A DNA stretch of 64,000 nt, from NCBI RefSeq assembly GCF_009834535.1, contig NC_045697.1:13456001-13520000 (forward strand), given 5' to 3'. The notes under the pieces were generated by a model that saw nothing but the letters and a program-made list of their open reading frames with translations, was not told the origin of the DNA and ran no database searches. Every line of letters begins with the position of its first letter. Within the stretch, counting starts at the first letter, position 1. A program made the position numbers and the translations under genes. Source of the DNA: Camelus ferus. Taxonomy: Eukaryota. Below are positions 26,001 through 37,023 of the stretch, piece after piece.

Positions 26001-26483
26001 TATTAGTCAATCCTTTCTTACAAATAAGAGAGAAGAAAATGTGATCACCATTCTCTGTGGTCAATATTTTATGACTTTTATTTTTTATTTTAAAACATTT
26101 TCATTTACAAATAAGAGATACCCAACTCCAATTTTCTAAGCAAACAAAACAAAACAAAACAAAAATGTGGTTTATAGGCTTATTGAGCCAAAAAATGCCC
26201 AAGGTAAATTTGTTTTCAACAAGGTTAAAATCCATGGGTTCAACTGTATCAAGTCTTGGGGCCTCTATTTCACATTCATTTTTTTCTCTCTCTTTCTCTC
26301 TCAATCAATTTTTATCTTTCTTTGTCTTTTCACTTTGGTTTCCTTTCTCTTTGTTCCATTCTCAAACAAGCTTTCTCTGAGCTTAGGAAAGTGGCTAGGA
26401 AAAGTTGTATCCAATACTCTTCACAGTAGGATAGAAGAAAGCAGACTCTTGCTATTTAGTGCAAGCAAAAGTCCATGGGAATA

Positions 26484-27748
26484 CAGTTGGTTCTCTTCAT
26501 TACATTGGTTATATTCTATAAAGTTGCAACCAACACTGAATTAACACATATTAAACCATTGTTCCTAGGTGAAACACAGGACTACAGATCTAATTTCCCA
26601 TGAGCCTCTGGTCACAGCATTCTCATAAACCAGTCAATGGTTTAATTGTTCTCTCTCTGTTTCTGTTTAACCCTACTTTATTTTATTTTTTTTAACATTT
26701 TTTATTGAGTTATAGTCATTTTACAACATTGTGTCAAATTCCAGTGTAGAGCACAATTTTTCAGTTATACATGAAAATACATATATTCATCGTTGCATTC
26801 TTTTTTGCTGTGAGCTACCACAAGATCTTGTATATATTTCCCTGTGCTATACAGTATAATCTTGTTTATCTGTTCTGCATATGCCTGTCAGTATCTACAG
26901 ATTTCGAACTCCCAGTCTGTCCCTTCCCACCTCCTTCCCCCTAGGCAACTACAAGTTTTTATTCTATGTCTATGAGTCTATTTCTGCTTTGTATTTGTGT
27001 TCTTTTCTTTTTTTAGATTCCACATATGAGCGATCTCATATGGTATTTTTCTTTCTCTTTCTGGATTACTTCACTTAGAATGGCATTCTCTAGGGACATC
27101 CATGTTCCTGTAAATGGCATTATGTTGTCATTTTTATGGCTGAATAGTATTCCATTGTATAAATATACCACTTCTTCTTTATCCAGTCATCTGTTGATGG
27201 ACATTTAGGTTGTTTCCATGTCTTGGCTATTGTAAATAGTGCTGCTATGATCATTGGGGTGCAGGTGTCTTTTTGAAGTAGCTAACCCTATTTTATTCAG
27301 TATATATTGTTGATTTATTAACATACCCAACAGCACTATGTCTCCTGCTTGAATGAAGTTTATCTAACACACATATTTTCTCCATAAGTCATAATACCAC
27401 AGCCTTCTAGCTGTTAGGAACCCTTGACAGAACTTCAGCTATGGCTTGGGGACATTTTAAACTTTAAAATTATCCCCCAAGAAACAGAAATATGTGGGGG
27501 GGGGGGGAAACTTGGCACTAGATAGACCTCAAAAAGGACACATGTTTTCAAAACAAGAGCTCATATAGTCAGAGCTCCACCATGTTCAACTTCAGCTGAG
27601 AATGTATATATTAGGTGACAAATATTGTGCTGTTCTGAGCTATAAATGACTAGGAAATCATTGTGCATGTTCATTTGGGGATTATAAATACATTTAACAA
27701 GTAGAAGTGTTCACAAATACAAAGCCCATGAATAACGAGGAAGGACAC
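26484..27748. mobile_element. MER82-like TcMar-Tigger element, split by an L1 insertion
   Basis: Preceded by TA. Contains CAGTTGGTTCTC, GAGCCTCTGGTCACAGCATT, TATCTAACACACATATTTTCTCCATAAG, TGGCACTAGATAGACC and TTCACAAATACAAAGCCCATGAATAACGAGGA. Confidence 0.85.
26683..27282 (-). mobile_element. Younger 5'-truncated L1 (3' UTR plus ORF2 end, 600 bp)
   Basis: T-rich tail on the left and a well-preserved ORF2 end (GATGGACATTTAGGTTGTTTCCATGTCTTGGCTATTGTAAATAGTGCTGC). The 15-bp TSD TAACCCTA(C/T)TTTATT lies at 26668-26682 and 27283-27297. Confidence 0.92.
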
Positions 27749-29705
27749 TTAAGTCTTATTGGCTGTGTTTGACTAAGCCTGAGTCACTTACCCACTCCTG
27801 CATGAAAAGACAGTGATGTCTGCTTCCTCGAAACGACACGGACAACTCAGTAAGTTCAGGATGGCTACCTAGAGAAAACAGATGGGGTTAGTGGAGAAGG
27901 GGAGATTGGATGGCACACAGGAAAAAGATCTAGAGATCCGTATCACCCCCTTTCAGCCCACGCCTTCCCAGGCAAAAGAGATCTGTTTCTTAAGAGTTAC
28001 TGTTTTAGAAGTCTCTTCTCTTAGCTTCTAGCTTTCTTCATGTGCAATTGATTGGCTATATATCTAGGGATTCATGCAGGAAATGTGTACCCCAGGTAAT
28101 ATTTAGTATTAAATATAAAGTCATCAAACTATTATTTATCATCAAAGTTTATTCAGAACTCTCCTTTAAAGGTAAAATGTATTTTGGGATGATTCTGTTC
28201 TTTTTTCTTTTATTAGAAACTAATAACTAGTGAAATTACTGAGAAGTAGAGTTCTTGTATTATCTTAAAAATAATTGACTGTCTTGTACTTATGTCAGGC
28301 CAAATTCATCTTTATTTTTTTTTAAAGAGAGAGCAATAATGCTTATATTGACTTATTGTGTCTCAGATCCTAGACTTGTTAAATTTCTAGATGGTACTTT
28401 TTATGATCAGAAGCTCTTCTGAGACAAGGAAACTGAGGCTTAGCTCAGTCGAATAATTTCACTCATTTATGTAAAGATTCAGTTAGTGCTTACTGAGTGT
28501 CTTTTTAGTGTGCTAGGACTGTGGTTGGTGTTGGAGACCCAGTGCTCACAAAGTCATTAACGCACTCACTCGGGAAATCATTCTTAAAGATGTCTCTGTG
28601 CTACTTGGACTAGGTCAGAGGAAAATGAAGTCCTCACCTTTCTAGAGTGTGAAGCACAATATGAAAAATGCTTTCCAGAGGTGAGCACAGTTCACATCAG
28701 TAGCGTACATATAGAAGCAGAGATGAAGTTCGGTAAAGAATGACATTTCGCTGACATCTTGGAGGGCAAGTAAGTGTGTCTGAGGTGGTCAAGAGATTTG
28801 GAAGTCATTTGAGCAGCTTTCTAATTTTTGGTTTGCACATGTATGGGGGATGGTATTTCCCTTCGCTGTGAAATGTGAGTGGGAGAGCGACTTCTAGGCA
28901 AAAGCTTTCAGAACCAACCTGCTGGGGAAACAGCAGGTGCTCCCATGCATTGGGATCAGGGCTTCCCATGGGAATGCAGGGCTTCTCAGCCACTGGTCAT
29001 CAGAAAAATTGTTCCCTGGGGGATTGATTAGTATTTTGGGCAAAACGGTTCTGAGATCAAATGCATGCCAAAAATCATTGTATTAAAAAGGTTAAATGTG
29101 TACCTTTACTGCAGTATCTCCTGGGACTCTTAATATGCTGGTGAGTCTGATGAAATTACAACAGGAAGATCTGATACGTAGCACATGTTTTTACCCAGGT
29201 CACTAAATCCACCAGATACTTTCCAGTCCTTACATTATTTGACTGCTGAGGAATGTTTGACACTGTTGCCCTTTCTTTCCTAAAATGTCTTGGTTTGTTT
29301 ATTCATCAAAGTGTGTATTAACTATTCCACTAACTGTGTATTGACCACGTTGCAGGTGCTGGGCCCTGTGCTGGTCACTGAAGGCATGTAGGCATGCCTC
29401 ACATGTAGGCATGACCCATTCTTTCATGGGGTTTTTGTCCACTGGTGGAGGTGGATTTACCCCAGCTAAAGGATGCTTAATTCAGTTCAAGATAAGTAAT
29501 TTTGAAAGGGAGAATCTTATAACCAAGGAGATCGATCTACCCAGAAGGAAGATGAGATGGAGCTGCTGAGGAGTGGGCTGCACATGAGAGACAAGAATTG
29601 TATTAGCACCCACGGTGACTAGTCCATAGTATTTTATATATATATATATCGAGTTCAAACCTTAATATACAGAGCAGAGTGAACTCAGCACATTACACTC
29701 TCTAG

Positions 29706-29881
29706 CACTGGTTCTCATATTGCCACCCATAAAAATAATCTTGAATGTTTAAAAAAATACACTGTCTAGACCCCATCACTAGAGATTTGGAATCAACTGA
29801 TCTTCAATAAGGTATGTGCATTGAGAGTCTGAAACAGATCCTCTTCCAAGCCTAATGAAGAGCCACGGCTGAGATCCAGAG
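29706..29881. mobile_element. MER5B-like hAT-Charlie MITE
   Basis: CACTGGTTCTCA start, TTTAAAAAAATAC, AGACCCCATCACTAGAGAT and an end at AGCCACGGCTGAGATCCA. Confidence 0.6.
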
Positions 29882-30595
29882 TTTTATATAAAGGTACACC
29901 TCTGGATGCTTGGAGTTAAATCCAGCCACCTTGCTCTCTCCCCTCACTCCTCCAGCTTTTCACTGGCCCCTGCTTTGCTCATTAGCCTAGCTCCTGCACA
30001 GATGGTGCTTATGGGCACGCTGATGACTCCCATCACCATCAGGCTGCTCACGGCCTGAGGGTGCAGCAAATAAATGGTCTGTACAGGTGTAATAGGAAAA
30101 GGAGGTACATCTCCCCTTGTGATCCAGTCTATCAAAATCAAAATCCCCTTGGCTGACTTACAAGGAAGTGTACTTTGTCATGTTAATTTGAAAGAGAGCA
30201 AATGACACCCACACATATTTACTTTCTTTCTTCTTTTTCCTTTTTTTTTTTTCTTTAATCTTCCAGATGTTCAGAAGCTCGGCATTTAATATCCAATGTT
30301 TGACCTTTCAGTCTTCTGCCATCTGCCACAAAAGGTGTTTCAGCAAGCTAATGTGAAGAGGCATTTGATAACAGATTAACTCAGTTGTGACACATTTGGA
30401 AGATGCTAATCAAGGTAAAAATTCCAACACTAATAATTAATCAAACAAGAAGTGTCATGTATCTCTCTCAGATAGCAGCAATCTCTTGCCACTCTGTGAA
30501 GACAGAATTATATCTCAACATAGCCGGTTAGGTCTTCATCAAATTATACCCTCCCTCCCTTTCACTAGTACCTACTTCTGACAAAAGCATAACTG

Positions 30596-30635
30596 CCTTT
30601 GGCCTCTAAAGAGTTCCTTTGGCCTCTAAAGAGTT
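30596..30635. repeat. Perfect 20-bp tandem duplication
   Basis: CCTTTGGCCTCTAAAGAGTT occurs twice in tandem. Confidence 0.95.
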
Positions 30636-31904
30636 AAGGGCTTTCCAGAAAATACATTACCAATAAAATTAATAATAAAATATTCATATTAATATAGACT
30701 ATCAATATATTATTACTTAAGTATAAGTTAGCTCAATTAACAGAAAAATAATGCAAGCAATTTCATATTTTAGGGAAACAGAAAACAAAATCATAAGAGC
30801 AAGAAGAGTATTATATCTTCCTATGATACTTGCCCTTCAGACCATCTGCTCATAGCATCCACGTGCTAGATTAAGTCTCTCTGGCAGTTCATTGTGAACA
30901 TTGTCTCCTAACTCCATTGGTTAGCTTTTCATCAAAGCTTCCATCTTTTCAGGCTGGGAGCTTTTATATCCCTTATTTCCTTTCCACCCCCCCCCCCACC
31001 TATTTTTCATTCTGAGCAATCAGAGATTTCACTGGCTGTATTGTTTGCTCTTCACCCAACACACAAATCTCTTTCACTTGGATGCTGGTATAACACTCAT
31101 CTTCCATATTCAACTTGAGGACAAGTACAATTCCAAATCATGTTTTTGGATATACAAGGAATTTAACCAGTGTGAAGATTGTAGAGGGTAGGTGTGTACT
31201 AATGGATCACTGGCCCATTGGGTGTGAGGGGAATCGTTCACGTGAACGAGATTTTACAGGTCTTTTGCTATTCAGAAAATAGTTCCCTGGCAATTGGATG
31301 GAGGTGGTAGTAAAGTCCCCAGGTTGGCCCAGGAATAGGGCCTTTCAATTTAGGGTTCACCCCTGAGATGTGAGGAAGTGTTTTTCTTGACTCTCAAGCC
31401 TTGTTTGATTTCAGAGTTTAGAAATTGAGCTGAAGAAAGGTATTTCCTTGGTCATCCTCTGTCTATGCTCTCATTAGGGAGAATTCCTCCTAGAAACCAG
31501 AAAACTGTTGATTAATATTATTAGTCTGTAGCTAAATTGCTATTTTGAGCATTTTTAGTAGGACTTAATGTGCAATTAACTGGTAAATTAGGAGCTGAAT
31601 GAAGCATTGTTGGGAGCTTCTGTATTAATGGTTATTAACATAGGACATGTCACTAATCATTGATCCAATAATGCCCATAAAGACTGAAGGACACTAAGAA
31701 ATTCTTCTACAGCATTTCAAAATAATTAGTTGACTCCTCATATAAAGTCTCAAGGAATTCTTCCTCTGAAAGGACATTTCTCCCATCATGTAAACGCTCC
31801 CTGAACTCTTCCATCCTTCTGAAACAGCTTCTAATCCTCTGAACATCTCTGTAGTGTCCTTTTGTCAAGTTGGATTAGCTTATTGTATTAACATAGCTTT
31901 ATAT

Positions 31905-32135
31905 ATACAGCTTGAATTAGAATAAGGATCTGAATCTGGATTTGAATCCTATTGATTGTGTGTAACTTTGCACAAGTTTCTTATTTAATTGTTCTTCTGT
32001 GAAATGGAAATAATAGTACACCTTAACTCATAATCATGTAATGTTGCTGTAATTATTAAACTGTAGACATACAGATACGTTGCTTTGTGCATAGTGGGTC
32101 CTAATAATCATCAGTGATGGTCATTATTAATAATG
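31905..32135 (+). mobile_element. MIR SINE
   Basis: CTGGATTTGAATCCT, TGTGTAACTTTGCACAAGTTTCTTA and TCTGTGAAATGGAAATAATAGTAC. Confidence 0.65.
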
Positions 32136-35100
32136 TTATTATTTTCATTATCATACTGTCTGTGGCACCATCACTGTCTTAATGTTTTACCAGACCATTA
32201 TTACTTTGAAACACAAACAAAGAATGTATGCATTTGAAAGATTAAGAAGCTACATTTCTTTATATATAAAAAGATTTTTTTCATGTGCAGGAAAATAGTA
32301 CAAATACTAAATGCTTAAACTCCTTTTATCAAAAATGAAAAAAAATTGACAGACTAGACTGACTAGTGAATGCACACATACATACAGCCATAATTAGGGA
32401 AAAGTTAACATTCTTATCTCTGCATGCCAAAATTATATTGATTTTCTTGTTCTATATTTCAGGATTCTCCAACTTTCTTTCAGATGACTAAGTTACTTCT
32501 GTAATCAGATAAATATAATGTATGTTAAGAGAGAAAAAGCCTGCTTGTTAGATGCACTCACTGAGTTAAAAAAAATTAGCACAACTGTATAGTATCCATA
32601 TCAGAATCACAACACCTCCACCGGGAAGCATGGATACTTTTTTTTTAAATGTCAAACCTCAATATAGAAATTCTGGGAAACAATGATCCTCTTTCACACA
32701 CGTTCTTCTGTTCTTCTTCCCCCTGAGCAAGTAAGGACCCTCTAGCCTGCTGATAGTTGCCTGGCTCCCTTCAGAGGCTTTTCAGATTCACCAGCTATCA
32801 CTAATCAATGATTAACCCCAGGAAGTATCCCATACGTGGGTTCATAACAACCAAAATTTGTCTGAGCCAGGCTTTCTGCAAGTCACACTATCTGAGTCCT
32901 CTTCAATGTTCTTCTGAACACTGTCATCTTATGGGGATGGTCCTCACATTCTCAGAGTCCCCATCATTACTAAATGATTCACTCCTTTCTCTTTTGCTCC
33001 AGTTCTCTTCAAAAGAGAAAGAGAAAGAGGGAGAGAGAGAGAATACTACCATGGACAACAAGAGAGCTCACGACTATGGCACTGCTGCCCCTGCTAAAGC
33101 TGCCAATGCCAAGGTCAACAGGTTTGTGCCCACAGGAGCGTGATGCTGTTGCAGCCACCTCATCCCGCCGACACTGCTGACCATGTCTCTTGTCAACCAC
33201 GGCAAACCACTGGCTCAGAGGCCAGTCTGAAAGCTGGTTATTCTGCAGCTCTAAGAACCCCTGTCTAGTTCTGACCCACAATTTTTAAAACTTGTATATG
33301 TCTTCACTTCCTCTTACTTAAGGACAAAGTATTCCTGGATAGCTTTTTAATCCCTCTTCTAAATAGTTCCCTAACTGCCACCTTCACTCCCTCCAGTCCT
33401 GGCCAACTGGCATTCCAGATATTTCTGATTATCAGGGAACATCTAACAAATACCCATTACAGATGTTCCTAAAATTAAGCCACGGTCACGTAGACCAGAA
33501 GTATCCAAAAGCCCAGTTATCAGTCCAATCTTAAACTGCATTGGCGTAATTGGAGTTCTAAAATGCACAGACATGGATGGGGTAGTTATTTATTCATTCT
33601 AGTGTGGTGTTCCAGAAAGAACATTGCAGTGAAAATCAAGAGATGGATTAGGGCCTGTTGGTCCCTGAATTAGCTTTGTAAGCTTGGGCAAGTCTCAAAA
33701 TTCCTAGCTCATCTGAAAAATTAGGGAGGTAAACTCAAAATCTCTAAGGTTTCTTCCAAGGTTCCCTTTAGGTCCAAATGAAAACACTTCAGGAGATCCT
33801 ATTTTGAGGGAGCAGCAGTGGGAAGGTGCATGACAACAGAATTTAGGTAGAATTTCCTCTAAAACTGCAGCACTGGTTTGCATGATCTGCGTTGGTATAA
33901 CTGAGAAGAGGATGCTCATCCACCAGATGCTGGATGACACACTTTCAGATTTTTGTTTCAAAGCTTGTAGGTGGAAAGAGACTTTAACATTGTTTCCAAG
34001 TTATGTTTGCATCTATCTGAAAGAAAACAGGTCTTCAAAATAATATCAAGGTCTGAGAACTGTCACAATGTGACTTGGGAAGGATTGCAAGCCAAACAGT
34101 TTAAGATTACAATACAAAGAGCCAAACTTAGAGAAGAAAAAGACATTTATAAGTTTAGTAAGAATTCTCAGCTACTTTTTATTCAATGAATATAAATATT
34201 TTGAAAAGAAAACTTTTACTAAGATTCAAGTTACATAGACAGATGAGCGAACGAGAATTTAGGAGTCATTTCGGGCCATGTTACTAGGTAAATGCAAATG
34301 CCGTTACAAAGTGACTACGTTGGTAACGGGATTATGTAGGCTACGTGCATTTTTTTTTTTCCCTAGCATATACTATCAAATTTGAAAGTAAAAATGCAAT
34401 TGCAATTCAAGTTGAAGAATGAGAAATTTTCCTACCTGGAAAGGAGAGGAATCCCTCTTTAATTGACTCTATGATCAGAATAAAGATTTATAGGAAGACA
34501 ATGTAATATGCTTCTGATAAGAAATTAGTGATGATGAATGGGGGGTCATTAGCATTACGAGGGTTCCAAGAAGGCTTGTGTTTCACAATGAAGTAACCTT
34601 TATTGAAACAAGATAATTTAAGAGGTAAATTTATTAGATTGGAATTTATTTGCAAAGTGCTTTTTAAACTTCCTAGTAACGAAATCCCAGTTCCTGCGTT
34701 GTTACAATCACAATTCAGAACAAGTTCTTCTTGTCTTTATTAGGTACTTGACAAAAACACGGGGTAGCCTATAAAACTCCATAAAAGCAGGGAGAATGTT
34801 GTTTATATTTTCCATAAAGGTCTCAGCTCACTGTGAATGCTAAGTGGATGCTAAATCTGAGTCATGAAAATGCCTCTCTAATGAGTACTAAAGAATTCCC
34901 AGAGTAAGATCATGCCTTTGTATCCAGTGTCAAACATCATCCTGTCCTGCTTTTGTATCAAAATGGTTCTCAGAAGTTCTCTGCTCATAATCATTTATCA
35001 TCCACAGACCAGGTACTCAGTAAATGCTGATTGAATTAATCTGAGAGTTTTGCTGAAATCAGATAGTCCAGCAAAAAGAGGTCTTGGTAGAACCCAGCGA

Positions 35101-36216
35101 CCAGAACACCTTTCCAAGTCTAACTAATTTCCCTCTCCTCTGGACGACTAGGTCATTCTTTCTCTCCTGTCCTCCAGCAGCCAGTATTTTGGTCCAGTTC
35201 TCACTTTCTGCTGATGACCTATTTCACTTAGAAAACAGAAATCCCTTCGCCATTCCATCTTCTCACATCAGAGTTACTATATCCATTTAACGTATTTCCA
35301 TCATCTCTCCCAATACCTTTGATAAGCTTTCCCCTCAAAGACTTTGCTCCGACCCTTCTCCCCTCAATCCGGCACCCGATTTTCTCTGTCTCCTGGGCCA
35401 CTCCTATCAGCATACTAACATGCTGTGACTCGTCCTACCTTAAAAAAAAACCGAAACAAAAGTCTCTCTACTTTTCTGAAAACTTCTCTTCCAACTGCAG
35501 TCCCTCTTTCTCTGCTGTAACAGCCAAAGTCCTTGAAAGAATTGCCTATGTTTGCATCCTTAATTTCTTGTCACTCGTTTTCTTCTGAACCCAGTCCGAG
35601 CAGGGTTTCGCCTCTGCCATGCCGTGGAGGCTACTTGGTCACGGCCACCGTGACTTTCACTCTGTTAAGTCCAATGAGCAATTCAGTCCTCATCTAACCT
35701 GACCTGTCAGCATCATTTTAGAGTCACCTCTTCTTTTACCTTTTATTCAATTTCTTCCTCTGTCCTCACTCTCATCACATCACTTCTCTCTCACTGGCCT
35801 TTTTTTCTCTTAATCTCTTTTTTTTTTTTTTGGTTTTTCTTGTCTAATCACTTAAAGTAGAAGGATTCCAGGGCAAAAATTACTTGGCTCCTTCTCTTAT
35901 TTGTCCTTCTTGGTGATCTCATGCAGTCACTGATGATACATGAACTGATATTTCTACAGAGATGTCTAATTTATATCTCAAAATTAACATCCCCCAAACC
36001 AAAACCGTATTTTCCACCATTCCTGCTAGCTGCCAACATTTTGTTTCTTAGACAAAAATTTTGGAATCTTACTTTACTACTCTGTTTCTCTATACCCCAC
36101 AGATAGTTAATAACTTGTGTTGTCTCTACTTTAAAAACGTATCTAGGAATCTGACTACTTACTATTAATCTTTAAGCCTCCGGTCCAACTTGCTCTACAG
36201 TTACATCAAGTTTATT

Positions 36217-36318
36217 TACTTACTTTATTTTATTTTTTTTAATGGAGTTTCTGGGGATTGAACCCAGGACCTCACGCATACTAAGCATGCGCTCTACCAC
36301 TGAGCTATACCCTTCCCC
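36217..36318 (-). mobile_element. tRNA-Ala-derived SINE (Vic-1-like), short-tail form
   Basis: CTGGGGATTGAACCCAGGACCTCACGCATACTAAGCATGCGCTCTACCACTGAGCTATACCC with a T-rich tail. There is a degenerate TSD, ACATCAAGTTTATT (36203-36216) versus ACATCAGGATTATT (36329-36342). Confidence 0.9.
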
Positions 36319-36474
36319 TTCTACCCTCACATCAGGATTATTATAACAGCCTTCTAACTCATCTATCCATTTCTATTGTTGTCTAGCACAATCTATTTAT
36401 AATACAGTAAGAAGAGTGTTTCTCTTACCATTTAAGTCAGATCATGACTCCACTCAGAAACCTGCAATAAATAC

Positions 36475-37023
36475 TGTTATGGCTACCTATCACTGCATAA
36501 CACATTCCACTAATGTATCACGGTTTTAAACACGATTTTTTAAAATTAGCTCTCGTGGATCTGTGTGCTGACTAGTCTCAGCTAGGTGGCCCTGGTTTGG
36601 GAGGCCTGTTGTGGGGATGATGAATTCTAACACATAGGGACTGGGACTGGAGGCAAATGAAGGTTTGATTGGGCTGGATATTCAAGATAGCTCGTCCACA
36701 CAGCTGGCAGGAGGTACTGACAATTGACTGGGAGCTCAGCTAGCTGTCAGTCAGATTGCCTGTACATGGGTCCTCCATGAGGGTTGAGCTTCTCAGTGCA
36801 CGACGCCTGGTTTCCAAGAATAACTATCCCAAATAACAGCAAGTGGGAGCTGCAAGTCTGTAAAATCCTGGGTCTGGAAACTGGTACATTGCCACTTCTA
36901 TTGTGTTCTGTTGGTCAAAGCAGTCAACAAACAGTCACCCAGGCTCAGGGGAAGGGGACATAACACGAAACCTTGCCATGGAAAGAATGTCAAAGATTCT
37001 ATGACCAGTCTTAACCTGCCACA
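36475..37023 (-). mobile_element. MLT1 (F/G/H-type) LTR
   Basis: TG start, CTATCACTGCATAACA, GACTGGGAGCTCAGCT, TTCTGTTGGTCAAAGCAGTCA and an end at TTAACCTGCCACA. Confidence 0.8.

Noticed and set aside
26881..27208. ORFs inside the younger L1
   Set aside because: They are antisense readings of an L1 3' end.
27496..27507. Poly-G run as a G-quadruplex
   Set aside because: A single homopolymer expansion inside MER82, without four separated G-tracts.
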